From a virus (Duplodnaviria; Caudoviricetes): 57,545 nt of DNA. Where the stretch lies: positions 1 through 57,545 of IMG/VR virus record IMGVR_UViG_3300010413_000035. One strand, 5' to 3'. This document shows, piece by piece, positions 9,280 through 18,859 of this stretch. Numbering within the stretch: the stretch's first letter is position 1; every line of letters starts with the position of its first letter. Made by a program: the position numbers and the translations under genes. Under the pieces are notes generated by a model. The model did no database searches. It was not told the DNA's origin and was given only the letters and a program-made list of their open reading frames with translations.

Positions 9280-10458
9280 ATGATAAATACAAATCATTTA
9301 AGTAAAGATTTTGTCTCAGCTTCTTTTACTACAACTTTAATTATTGGAATTGCTACAATGAATATATTAAAAAAAGTTGCTAAAAGAAAAGATGCAAATT
9401 TAACATTACAAGATAAACAATATTTTGATAATGAAGTTGAAACTGCATCCAAAATATATTATAAAGAAGCTGAGAATTGGGCTGTTAATGATTTGGCAAG
9501 TGCTTATTTACTAGGAATTGGTCTGGCTAATGTAGCAATGAGAAAAGTATCTGGAACTCAAAAAGGGTTAAATCCTATTATTAATGGAAGTTTTTTTATA
9601 AAAAATATTCCTTTGGTGAGTACAAATATTCCTTTAAGTGTTATAAATAAATTTTCAAATTATAAGAACCACATAACTTGGTATAATGTTTTTAAAAACT
9701 CAGCTTTGCAAACTGTAAAAACCCAACAACTGCAGATACTTCGAGCTGGAAATGATATTTATAAAAAAATTGCTTATAATGTAGGTTTAAAAAGTTATAA
9801 AGATTCTAATGTATTTACTAGATTACAAATGAGCCAAAAACTTTTAAATCAATACTCAAAGCAAGGTTTAAAAACAATTACATATGCGAACGGAGCGAGA
9901 TATAGTATTGTTGACTATAGTGAAATGTTAGCTCGAACTATGACAAGCAGAACGGCTCTCCAAGCTTCATTAAATAGGTATCAACAAAAAGGATATTCTT
10001 TATGTATGGTGTCGTCCCATTTCCGAGCTTGTGACCTTTGTACCCCATACGAGGGGCAAATTTTGTCAATGGACGGCAAAGATAGAAGATATGAGTCGAT
10101 TTGGGATGCAGAGTTGCAGGGTTTATTTCATCCTAACTGTTTACATGATATTTCAATTTGGGATGAGGCTATAGAAGTGCCTAAACCATCTGTCGATCAA
10201 AGCGAACAAAAATTAATTGACCAGTATGGTTATAAAGAGGCTCAAGTAATTGCTTACAATGCCCAACAAAGACAAAGAGCAATTGAAAGAAATATAAGAA
10301 AATATAAAACACAAAAAGAATTGAGTTTAACTTCAAGCGATAAAGCAAGAAATCAAGCAAAAATATCACAATGGCAACAAGCTCAAAGAACTCACTTAAT
10401 AGAAAATCCATATCTAGTAAGAAAATATAGTCGTGAGCAAATTGGAAAAGCTCATTAA
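9280..10458 (+). CDS. Minor capsid protein (phage_min_cap2/SPP1 gp7-like)
   Basis: SSH..AC..C.PYEG, GLFHPNC.H, QR.IER.IR, C-terminal REQI. Confidence 0.85.
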   Translation: MINTNHLSKDFVSASFTTTLIIGIATMNILKKVAKRKDANLTLQDKQYFDNEVETASKIYYKEAENWAVNDLASAYLLGIGLANVAMRKVSGTQKGLNPIINGSFFIKNIPLVSTNIPLSVINKFSNYKNHITWYNVFKNSALQTVKTQQLQILRAGNDIYKKIAYNVGLKSYKDSNVFTRLQMSQKLLNQYSKQGLKTITYANGARYSIVDYSEMLARTMTSRTALQASLNRYQQKGYSLCMVSSHFRACDLCTPYEGQILSMDGKDRRYESIWDAELQGLFHPNCLHDISIWDEAIEVPKPSVDQSEQKLIDQYGYKEAQVIAYNAQQRQRAIERNIRKYKTQKELSLTSSDKARNQAKISQWQQAQRTHLIENPYLVRKYSREQIGKAH

Positions 10459-10472
10459 TTGGAGGGTAATAA

Positions 10473-10886
10473 ATGGAAAATGAAGATTTTTTAAAGCCTA
10501 AAAAGTTAAATGACCAGGAGCATTTTTGGGAATTAAAATATTATCAATACCTTGTAAAAGTTTTTGAAGATGATTTTAAAAAAGTATATGCTGACAAAGA
10601 TTTTATAAATCATTCACCACAAAATTATTATATTTCTAGTAAAAAAGATAAAAAATTATTAACAAAAATTACATTTCAAAAAAATTCTTCTGAAGATATG
10701 AATGGTTGCTTTATGGAAGATTTAATAAAAATTTGTATAAAACAATTAGAATTATTTCAAGATTCTAAAATGGAATGTAAAGAAAATGAACAGGCAAAAG
10801 AATATTTAATTAAAGCTTTAGAAACTTTAGATAATAGAAAAAATGATAGAATCAAAAGAAATGTAATATACAAAGTAGAAAAATAA
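10473..10886 (+). CDS. Tad1-like anti-defence sponge protein
   Basis: ITFQK...NG...EDLI.I.I.QLE.FQ...CKENEQA...AL..L..R..DRIKRNV matches the Tad1 family pattern as recalled. Confidence 0.7.
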   Translation: MENEDFLKPKKLNDQEHFWELKYYQYLVKVFEDDFKKVYADKDFINHSPQNYYISSKKDKKLLTKITFQKNSSEDMNGCFMEDLIKICIKQLELFQDSKMECKENEQAKEYLIKALETLDNRKNDRIKRNVIYKVEK

Positions 10887-11014
10887 TAGTATATTTGGTA
10901 TAATAAAAGAAAAAATAAAATAAATGTCGACCTATATTTAGTAAAAATAAGTCACTATGTTGCAAAAAAAAGAGCCTTAATGTGTGGCTCTTTTTTTAGA
11001 AAGGATAATAAATA

Positions 11015-11488
11015 ATGAATAACCCTTATATATTATTATACAGTGAATTAAAAAAATATATAACCTTTTCCAATAATGTTATTATTACTGAAAAAGAAAT
11101 ATTTCAAATATTTTATAAAAAAGATGAAAAATTATTATTAAAAGCAATTGACCAATTATGCAAAGAAAAATTTATTGTAGAAATGGAAGATACAAATTTA
11201 AAAAGTTATATGATTTTTAAAGATTCCTATAATGAAGAAATGGAAAAAGCAAAAAAAGAAATTGAAAATAAAAGAAAACAAGAAGAAGATAATAAAATAA
11301 GATATATACAAATTGCCGAAATTATTAATAATTCCAGTGTGTTTGTTGAAATAAACGAGGGAATAAAAAAACTTGGTGAAATTGTAAAAAGAGATATAGT
11401 TCCAATTTTAGAAGAAATAAAAACAGCTTATGAAGAAATAGAAGAAATAAAAAAAGTAAAAGAATTAGAAAAAAAGAAACAAATATAA
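11015..11488 (+). CDS. Hypothetical protein
   Basis: GAAAGGA RBS. Confidence 0.65.
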   Translation: MNNPYILLYSELKKYITFSNNVIITEKEIFQIFYKKDEKLLLKAIDQLCKEKFIVEMEDTNLKSYMIFKDSYNEEMEKAKKEIENKRKQEEDNKIRYIQIAEIINNSSVFVEINEGIKKLGEIVKRDIVPILEEIKTAYEEIEEIKKVKELEKKKQI

Positions 11489-11628
11489 TATAATATTGAT
11501 GTTGCTTTTTTATTATGATTCATTAAAAAAATTTGAGGTTATCTAAAAATTACTAATTTAATCATGCTATATGTAAAGAAGAGCCAAAACTTGGTGGCTC
11601 TTCTTTTATGTTAATTATTAAAAAATGT

Positions 11629-11657
11629 TTGACAATGTAGCACACTTATTATATAAT
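11629..11657 (+). promoter_or_regulatory. Sigma-A promoter with TGTAGCAC box
   Basis: TTGACA-17 bp-TATAAT; box at 11636-11643. Confidence 0.85.
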
Positions 11658-11701
11658 GTATTTAGAAATTAAATTTGATTTGAAAAGGGGATTTTATTAT
11701 T

Positions 11702-11863
11702 ATGACAGATTATTTTGATTTTAGCGACGATTTTTGGAATGAAGAAGAAGAGCAACAAGATTTAAATAATAATTTAGGAAATGAAGATTTAACTGAAGAA
11801 GAAATATTATTAAATAAAGAATTTGAAATAGAAATGTATAATGCGAAATATGGAGTATTATAA
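11702..11863 (+). CDS. Highly acidic 53-aa microprotein (not in ORF track)
   Basis: AAAGGGG RBS, own promoter and terminator; MTDYFDFSDDFWNEEEEQQDL... Confidence 0.8.
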   Translation: MTDYFDFSDDFWNEEEEQQDLNNNLGNEDLTEEEILLNKEFEIEMYNAKYGVL

Positions 11864-11930
11864 AATTAATATATATTAAAAGAGCCTAATTTGGGCTTTT
11901 TTTTATATCAAAAATGAGGAGGAATTTATA

Positions 11931-12647
11931 ATGTATGAATTAGGTAAATTAAGGACTTATTTACACATGTTAGACAAAGATAAAAATCATTATAATAAAC
12001 TTAAAATTGAAGAAATAAAAATTTTATTATCAAAGCTTGAAATATATTTATCTTATGATGAAAAAGCGTGGGCAAAGAATTTATTGTATAATGATGCAAA
12101 TTTAGTGAGGGAATGGTATCCCAAAAATACATTTACCCAAAGGAGAAGTATAAGAAAATATTCGCATGGTATAACCAATCAAGATTTTCAACATATTTTA
12201 AATAATGTAAATTATGCTCCTTCGAGTTGTAATAGGCAGCCAATAGAATTTATTCTTTTAAGGGATTCAATTACAATTGACAAAATAGCAAAAATAAAAA
12301 AACAATCATTTATAAGTGGAGCTGAGACTTGTATTTTGGTTATTTCAGATTTAAGTATTTACCCACCTAAAAGTGTAAAAAGTAGAAGTGCCTCGTTTTG
12401 GTATTTTTTATATATGGATGCAGGTGCCTCAATCCAAACTTTACTTTTAACAATTTCAAAGTTAAATTTTGGAGCTTGTTGGGTAAATTGCATTGAATCA
12501 GATAGTAACAAAATAAAACAAATAAAAAAATTAGAATTAGAATTAGCAAAAAATAAAATAGTAACAGCAATAATTCCAGTTGGAGTTCCTAGTGAAATAG
12601 TTAAAACTCCAGGACGCAAAGATGCGAAATATAAAATTATAGAATAG
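11931..12647 (+). CDS. Nitroreductase family protein
   Basis: RRSIRKY, APSSCNRQP, DAG..IQTLLL, LNFGACWV. Confidence 0.9.
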   Translation: MYELGKLRTYLHMLDKDKNHYNKLKIEEIKILLSKLEIYLSYDEKAWAKNLLYNDANLVREWYPKNTFTQRRSIRKYSHGITNQDFQHILNNVNYAPSSCNRQPIEFILLRDSITIDKIAKIKKQSFISGAETCILVISDLSIYPPKSVKSRSASFWYFLYMDAGASIQTLLLTISKLNFGACWVNCIESDSNKIKQIKKLELELAKNKIVTAIIPVGVPSEIVKTPGRKDAKYKIIE

Positions 12648-12658
12648 GAGATATTAAA

Positions 12659-13720
12659 ATGAAAATAGCAATCGTAACAATTACGACATATTCAAATTAT
12701 GGAAATAGATTCCAATTAATAGGATTAACAAAATACTTACAAAATAAAGGGTATGAAGTAGATAATTTAATTCCCTTTTCCCCTACTTCAAAAAAGAAAA
12801 AGAAAAAAAATAATTTAAGAGCCGAGAAAAGAAAATCATTTTTTGAATTTTCACAAAAATATATAAATGAAATAAGGCTTGATGTAAATAAAGTTAATTA
12901 TGAAAAATTAATTAATGAATATGATTATTTTATAATAGGAAGTGACCAAGTTTGGCATCCCCTATTATTAAAAAAAATTCCACATCCTTTTACATTTTTA
13001 AACTTTGTACCAGATAAAAAAAGAATTGCTATTTCAGCTAGTTTTGGAATGAGCCAAATTGCTGACAGATATTTTATAAGGTATGTTGAAGGGTTAAAAC
13101 ATTTTAATAATATTTCTTTAAGAGAGCCAGAAGGCAATAATATTATTAAAAATTTATGCTTAGAAAATTATAACAATCCAGTTTTAATTGATCCTTCAAT
13201 GTTATTATCTAAAAAACAATATGCAAAACTAGGAGAACAAATAGAAAAACCAAAGAATTATATATTAACTTATTTTCTAGGGAATATAAGTAGTGATATA
13301 AGAATGAAAATTAGTGAATTATCCCTAAAATATAATTATCAAATTATAAATATAAATAATAAAAGAAATAAAAAATATTTTGTTGCATCTCCAGCTCAAT
13401 TTATATATTTAATGAATAGTTGCAATGTAGTATTTACAGATTCATTTCATGGGACTATTTTTTCAATGATATTTAGAAAACCTTTTGTAAATGTAGATTT
13501 GAAATTAAATAGACCTTCAGTACAAAGTAGAATAGATAATTTACTTTCAAAATTTAATTTTATGAATAGAAAGTTTAAAGAATTAAATACATTAAAACAA
13601 ATTATGACTATTGATTACTCACATTTTGACCCAATTTTAAAAGAAGAAAAAAATAAATTTAATGAATTCTTAGAAGGAGTAACAAATGGCAAAGAAGAAG
13701 AAACAACAAATAATTCCTAA
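12659..13720 (+). CDS. Polysaccharide pyruvyl transferase family protein
   Basis: NYGNRFQ, IIGSDQVWHP, SASFG, ISLRE, DP, TDSFHGTIFS. Confidence 0.9.
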   Translation: MKIAIVTITTYSNYGNRFQLIGLTKYLQNKGYEVDNLIPFSPTSKKKKKKNNLRAEKRKSFFEFSQKYINEIRLDVNKVNYEKLINEYDYFIIGSDQVWHPLLLKKIPHPFTFLNFVPDKKRIAISASFGMSQIADRYFIRYVEGLKHFNNISLREPEGNNIIKNLCLENYNNPVLIDPSMLLSKKQYAKLGEQIEKPKNYILTYFLGNISSDIRMKISELSLKYNYQIININNKRNKKYFVASPAQFIYLMNSCNVVFTDSFHGTIFSMIFRKPFVNVDLKLNRPSVQSRIDNLLSKFNFMNRKFKELNTLKQIMTIDYSHFDPILKEEKNKFNEFLEGVTNGKEEETTNNS

Positions 13721-14363
13721 ATTATTACACTTGATATGGATAGGGGAAAAAGAAAACCCCTATTTAAAAAATATTGAAACTTATAAAAAATTTAATCCAG
13801 ATTGGCAAATTAAAATTTGGAATAATGAAAACATACCCCAAGTTATAAATAAATATACTTATAATAATATGACTTCATGGGCAGGTAAAGTTGACGTTCT
13901 AAGGCTTGAGATTTTATATAAATATGGTGGGGTTTATGTTGATTTGGATTCAATATGTTTAAGAAGTTTAAATCCCTTAATAATAAATCAAACATTAATC
14001 GGGTCAAAAGGTACATATAAAAAAATTGCTAACGGTTTTTTAGGATGTACCAAAGAACATCCTGCATTTAAAGAAATAGTAGAAAATTTAGATTCTAGAA
14101 ATAAAGAACTTTCAAAAACAGAAAAAAACAAAAAAATTGGTATTTCAATTTATGCAGTGGCTGGGACTCGATACATAACCCCATATTTAAGAAAATATAA
14201 ATGTCTGGAATATGATAAAAAATTAAAAGCTAAAGAAAGAAAAGTTATAATTACTAAAGTTTCAAAGTATAAAAACCGAGCCTTTATAATGCAATTAAAT
14301 GATAATACATGGAAAAGTAGTCCAAGGATATTTTTAAGTGAGGATTTTGAAAATGACAAGTAA
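13686..14363 (+). CDS. Glycosyltransferase family 32 (OCH1/DxD-type)
   Basis: IPK.LH.IW, NPDW, D.LRLEILYKYGGVYVDLD, GT. Confidence 0.9.
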   Translation: MAKKKKQQIIPKLLHLIWIGEKENPYLKNIETYKKFNPDWQIKIWNNENIPQVINKYTYNNMTSWAGKVDVLRLEILYKYGGVYVDLDSICLRSLNPLIINQTLIGSKGTYKKIANGFLGCTKEHPAFKEIVENLDSRNKELSKTEKNKKIGISIYAVAGTRYITPYLRKYKCLEYDKKLKAKERKVIITKVSKYKNRAFIMQLNDNTWKSSPRIFLSEDFENDK

Positions 14364-14691
14364 AAAAGAAAAACTAATACATGATTTAATAGATGTGACT
14401 TTATTGGAATCAAATTTAAAACATGGATTTAATTTTAATTCTAGTCATGAAGGCTGGGCTGTTACTTTAGAAGAAATAGAAGAGTTTCAAGAGGCTTTTG
14501 ATGAAATTATAAATTATTTTTCCGATATTGTTTGGACTGATATTAGAAATGATTCAAATAATAGCAAATTAAAAACTGAATATTCAAAATTATATAATAT
14601 GTGTTTAAATGCCTTTTTAGAATTTTTGCAATTAACTGCAATGATGAAAAAAAACAAAAATTATTTTTTTGGGAAGGAGATAAAAAAATGA
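14353..14691 (+). CDS. MazG-like all-alpha NTP pyrophosphatase-type protein (tentative)
   Basis: FNSSHEGWAVTLEEIEE and E..Q.TAM motifs. Confidence 0.5.
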   Translation: MTSKKEKLIHDLIDVTLLESNLKHGFNFNSSHEGWAVTLEEIEEFQEAFDEIINYFSDIVWTDIRNDSNNSKLKTEYSKLYNMCLNAFLEFLQLTAMMKKNKNYFFGKEIKK

Positions 14692-15371
14692 AAAAATTTG
14701 ATGTAATTTTTTTAATGGGGGGAGAAGGGAAAAGAGCCAGACTTGGTTACCCTAAGCAATACGCTCGTATAGGTGGAATACCGATTTTTATACATTCGAT
14801 ACAAGCTTTTTTAAAAGAAGATATCGAGCCATATATAAATAAAATAATTATAGTAGCACAAAAAGAGCGATATGATGAAATAGAAAAAATGTTAATTCAA
14901 TATAATATTTTTAAATATTGTTTTTGTGAAGGTGGGAAAACAAGGCAAGAATCCGTTTATAATGGTTTAAAAAGTGTAAAGACTAAACACTTATTAGTTA
15001 CTGAATCTGTTAGACCTTTTCAAAGTTCTAAATTAATAAAAAATATAATAAATAATGAAAAAAATTTTATTACTCCAATATCTCAACCAAAAGCGACTGT
15101 TATTGATATTTTTGGCAATTCATATGACAGGGATAGAATCGGAGAGGTACAAATGCCTCAAAAATATAGTTACGATTTATTGCATACAGCTCACGAAATC
15201 GCAAAGAAAAGGGATTTATATAATTTTACAGACGATGCTCATTTAGTAATAGAATTAATAAACGAATGTCCATATATTATAAAAGGTGAAGAAGTAAATA
15301 TAAAAATAACAACTCCCCTCGATTTGAAAATAGCTAATATTATTTTAAGTGATTTGGAGGATAATGAATAA
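14688..15371 (+). CDS. IspD/TarI-family cytidylyltransferase
   Basis: GGEGKR...PKQY, GGKTRQESV.NGL, ESVRPF, QMPQ, TDD, NIKITTP.DL. Confidence 0.9.
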   Translation: MKKFDVIFLMGGEGKRARLGYPKQYARIGGIPIFIHSIQAFLKEDIEPYINKIIIVAQKERYDEIEKMLIQYNIFKYCFCEGGKTRQESVYNGLKSVKTKHLLVTESVRPFQSSKLIKNIINNEKNFITPISQPKATVIDIFGNSYDRDRIGEVQMPQKYSYDLLHTAHEIAKKRDLYNFTDDAHLVIELINECPYIIKGEEVNIKITTPLDLKIANIILSDLEDNE

Positions 15372-16003
15372 TGTTAGAATCAAAACATATAGCAATTTCT
15401 GGAACTACTAAAGGCTTGGGACTAGAATTGTCCAGACTATATTCAAAAAATAAATATTCAATAGTTGATATAAATAGATATAACGATTTAGATGTTACTA
15501 AAGAATATGCCATAAAAATTTTATTTGATGAAATACCAAAATATGAATATCCAGAAATTTTAATTAATAATGCTGGGATTTGTAATATTGGAAGTATTCT
15601 GGACTCAAATTTAGAAGAATCAAAAAAAATGTTTGATGTTAATTTTTGGGGTATGGTTAACTGCAGTAAATATTATTCTAAGAATTGCATTAAAAATAAT
15701 GTAAAAGGTAAAATTGTAAATATTGCATCAACAGCAGGAACTGGAATTAGACCTGGTCGTTCTATGTATGCAAGTAGTAAATCGGCAGTTATAAATTATT
15801 CAATGTCAATAGCTGAAGAATTAAAAATTTTTGATATTAAAGTTTATTGTATAGCTCCAGGAGCTTTTGATTCATCACTTAGAAGGAATTTGAAACTTGA
15901 TGAAGATTATTCAAAAATGAAAACATCAAAACAAGTTGCAGAAATAGTAAAAAATATTGTTGATAATGATTTTTTAGACAATCAAATAATTTATATAAAG
16001 TAA
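15371..16003 (+). CDS. SDR oxidoreductase (likely sugar-phosphate reductase partner of IspD/TarI)
   Basis: SGTTKGLG, NNAG, IAS, YASSK catalytic motif; stop/start overlap with the IspD-like gene. Confidence 0.9.
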   Translation: MLESKHIAISGTTKGLGLELSRLYSKNKYSIVDINRYNDLDVTKEYAIKILFDEIPKYEYPEILINNAGICNIGSILDSNLEESKKMFDVNFWGMVNCSKYYSKNCIKNNVKGKIVNIASTAGTGIRPGRSMYASSKSAVINYSMSIAEELKIFDIKVYCIAPGAFDSSLRRNLKLDEDYSKMKTSKQVAEIVKNIVDNDFLDNQIIYIK

Positions 16004-16019
16004 GAAAGGATATTAAATA

Positions 16020-17159
16020 ATGTTAGTAACTATAATTAATAAAGCACACTTTAAAATTGAAATTGATGGAGTTATATTTCTCCCATTTGAAATTAAAAAA
16101 TTGAATGTTTATAGTACATCGGAATTTTATAAAAAAATAAGATGTAATAAAAATTTGGTTGATGAGGCTATATTTGATATAAAACATTTTAAAAAGACTT
16201 TTGGAATTGACAAATTAGGCAAAGAGTTTAATTTTGTTTATGATGAAAATAGCCAACATAAAAGGGATAATTATAAATTTGCCATTCAAGCAATGGCAAA
16301 TCCTATTTTAAAATATTTTTCACCAAAAGAGGCTGGATTTTCAAGTCGACCATTACCTGGTCAAAGTTACAACGCTTTAAATATTAGGTTTTTTAATTCA
16401 ACTAGAATAAAACAAAATGGGAAAACTCAAGTTGGTAAGCGTGATATTTTTTATTCACATGGTTGTGCCGATAAAAATTACTGGTTAGGAAAACATATTA
16501 AGGATTTTAAATATGCCTTTTGTATTGGCAAAGTATGGGAGGATAGAATGAGAGCCACAGGTTATAAAGGCGAAATAATACATATTGGATATCCAAAATT
16601 AGACCCAATTTGGAATAATGAAGTAGAAGAAAATAAAATTGAGGCTGGTAATAAGCCTTATATTGCGTGGTTGCCTACACATGGATATTCACATAAAAAT
16701 CGTGGTCGTTCCAGTTACCCTTGGTGTCTTGATTTAATAAGGGACATTGATGATATATATTATAAAAAATTAGGTATGCATCCAACTAGTAAAAAACATA
16801 ATGGAATTAAGCACAAACCAACATTTAACGAGTTAGTTGATGCAGATGTTATAATTGCCGATGCAGGATCGACAGTTTACGAGGCGTGGATGGTAGGAAA
16901 ACCTGTCATTATGCCAGATTGGATTTGCAAAAAAGATATTTTAAATCATTTTAAAAGTGACAATTTAGAATATCAAATTTATAAAAAGGGTATTGGATAT
17001 CATGCAAAAGATATGAGACATTTAAACCAGCTTATTGAAAAGGCTTTAGTTGATGGAATTGATCAAAGTGCCAAAGAATTCATCGAGAAAATTTGCCCGA
17101 CCGAATATAGAGGAAATTCTGGAAAAATGGCTTATAAAGCGTTAAAACAAATATATTAA
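16020..17159 (+). CDS. CDP-glycerol/ribitol phosphotransferase (TagF/TarL-like GT-B fold)
   Basis: HG, GYPKLD, W.PT, HP, ADVII.D.GS.VYE...GKPV motifs. Confidence 0.8.
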   Translation: MLVTIINKAHFKIEIDGVIFLPFEIKKLNVYSTSEFYKKIRCNKNLVDEAIFDIKHFKKTFGIDKLGKEFNFVYDENSQHKRDNYKFAIQAMANPILKYFSPKEAGFSSRPLPGQSYNALNIRFFNSTRIKQNGKTQVGKRDIFYSHGCADKNYWLGKHIKDFKYAFCIGKVWEDRMRATGYKGEIIHIGYPKLDPIWNNEVEENKIEAGNKPYIAWLPTHGYSHKNRGRSSYPWCLDLIRDIDDIYYKKLGMHPTSKKHNGIKHKPTFNELVDADVIIADAGSTVYEAWMVGKPVIMPDWICKKDILNHFKSDNLEYQIYKKGIGYHAKDMRHLNQLIEKALVDGIDQSAKEFIEKICPTEYRGNSGKMAYKALKQIY

Positions 17160-17161
17160 TC

Positions 17162-17214
17162 TTTACTATTATTAAATAATGTGCTACAATGTATATAAAG
17201 CGTAGTACATTATT
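17162..17214 (+). promoter_or_regulatory. Promoter with inverted operator pair upstream of the primase operon
   Basis: TTTACT-17 bp-TACAAT; AATAATGTGCTAC...GTAGTACATTATT inverted repeat. Confidence 0.65.
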
Positions 17215-17233
17215 TTTTTATGGGGAGTTTAAA

Positions 17234-17626
17234 ATGGAATTTAAAAAATACAATGTGCCATATGAAAATTTTAATATAGAATTTAATTTAAATGATATTT
17301 TAGTTTTAACACAAAATGAAGATATCAACTGGGATATAAATATGTCATGGAATAAATTTGAGTTTAAAGGTGAATTTATTAATCATACTTTTAAAATATA
17401 TTTAGATTGCAACAATATTTATAAAAGTTATGTTTGTTATAAGAAAAAATATATAACTGTTCCTTGTTTTATTCCAGAAGAATTGATCGAAGGATATATA
17501 TTTTTAGTATTTAATTTTAAAAGAAACATTCCTTTAACTAATTATTTTCTAAGCTTCTTAGATGATTTTTTATGGCTTTTGAATATAAATATTAATGATT
17601 TAAAACTAACTTTTGTGGAGGATTAA
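17234..17626 (+). CDS. Hypothetical protein
   Basis: GGGGAG RBS before ATG 17234. Confidence 0.65.
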   Translation: MEFKKYNVPYENFNIEFNLNDILVLTQNEDINWDINMSWNKFEFKGEFINHTFKIYLDCNNIYKSYVCYKKKYITVPCFIPEELIEGYIFLVFNFKRNIPLTNYFLSFLDDFLWLLNININDLKLTFVED

Positions 17627-17630
17627 TTGT

Positions 17631-18689
17631 ATGAGTTATCAAGATTTTGCAACAACAAATAAAATAATAAGAAATTCATTAAAAGAAATACTTATTTATT
17701 ATGGAGCTAAACCTTCCAAAAATGGAAATTGGGACTGTCCTAGAACTTCATATCATCACAATCCTCAAGGGGATTTGAGTTATAATGGAAAAACATGTGT
17801 TTGTCATTGTGGCTTAAGTGGAGATTCATTTAAAACTATTGCAATGATGGAAGGTTTAAACCATAGGGACAAAGAAGATTTTAAAAAAATAACTAAAATA
17901 GCTATGGATATTTTAAATCTAACTAGGGAAGAATATCAACAAAAAGCAAATGAAGAAAAAAAAGAAACTAAGAAAGAATTATTTTTAGATGAAAAAATAA
18001 AGCAATTACTAACTAATACAATTAATAATTATTTTGATAACACTAAAAAGTATAAAAAAGATTATGAATATTTTTTTAAGAGAGGATTAACCAATGATAT
18101 TATTAAAGCCAATAAAATTATAGTTGAAAATCCTGTAAAACTATTCAAAGGGGAATTAATTAAACATCTTCCAAGTGTTAAAAACATTTGGAGCTATAGA
18201 TATATAATTCCTATTTGGGAAAATAACAAGGTAATAAATATTTTATTAAGAAGGGATGACAACTTGTCAACAAAGGGAATTAAAATTTTAAACCTTAAAA
18301 ATATCCCTTTAGGCTTTTATAATATAGATAAAATAAAAAAAGTTTCAAATGAAAATATATTTATTTGTGAGGGGTTCTTTGATGCAATAACTATTGAAAG
18401 ATATGGACATATTTCATTGTCTATTAACTCAACGAATTTAATTTATAAATTTATGGCTAAAATAGAAAAGTTTAATATAGAAAATTGTAATTTTTATATT
18501 TGCTTTGATAATGACTCAACTAAAAAACATAACTGGGGACAAATTTGGGCAAAGAAATTAATTAAGGAATTGAAAAAGAAAGGATTTAATTCTAAAACAA
18601 TAGTTATAAAAGACTACAATGATTTAAATGATTACTATTTAAATGATTATACAAAATTTAAGGAATCACTTAATAAAATAACAAGTTAG
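17631..18689 (+). CDS. DnaG-like DNA primase (Zn-finger + TOPRIM)
   Basis: CP...H...CxCxCG..GD N-terminus; ICEGFFDA, CFDND, DLND. Confidence 0.85.
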   Translation: MSYQDFATTNKIIRNSLKEILIYYGAKPSKNGNWDCPRTSYHHNPQGDLSYNGKTCVCHCGLSGDSFKTIAMMEGLNHRDKEDFKKITKIAMDILNLTREEYQQKANEEKKETKKELFLDEKIKQLLTNTINNYFDNTKKYKKDYEYFFKRGLTNDIIKANKIIVENPVKLFKGELIKHLPSVKNIWSYRYIIPIWENNKVINILLRRDDNLSTKGIKILNLKNIPLGFYNIDKIKKVSNENIFICEGFFDAITIERYGHISLSINSTNLIYKFMAKIEKFNIENCNFYICFDNDSTKKHNWGQIWAKKLIKELKKKGFNSKTIVIKDYNDLNDYYLNDYTKFKESLNKITS

Positions 18690-18700
18690 GGGTAATAATT

Positions 18701-18859
18701 ATGATGAAAATTCTTGAATTAATGGTCGCTTTAATAAACAATGAGGATACACAACAATTAGAAAAATTAGAAAATGAATTATATTATGGGGATTTTGATA
18801 ATTTCTTAAATGAATATTTCCACGAAAACTGGATTATACAAAAGCAAAATAAGTTATAA
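18701..18859 (+). CDS. Small hypothetical protein (52 aa, not in ORF track)
   Basis: AGGGG RBS; MMKILELMVALINNEDTQQL... Confidence 0.55.
   Translation: MMKILELMVALINNEDTQQLEKLENELYYGDFDNFLNEYFHENWIIQKQNKL

Noticed and set aside
11931-17159. DNA hypermodification pathway as the leading explanation
   Set aside because: No hydroxymethylase/thymidylate synthase, nucleotide kinase or phage polymerase was recognised to provide a modified base; kept only as an alternative
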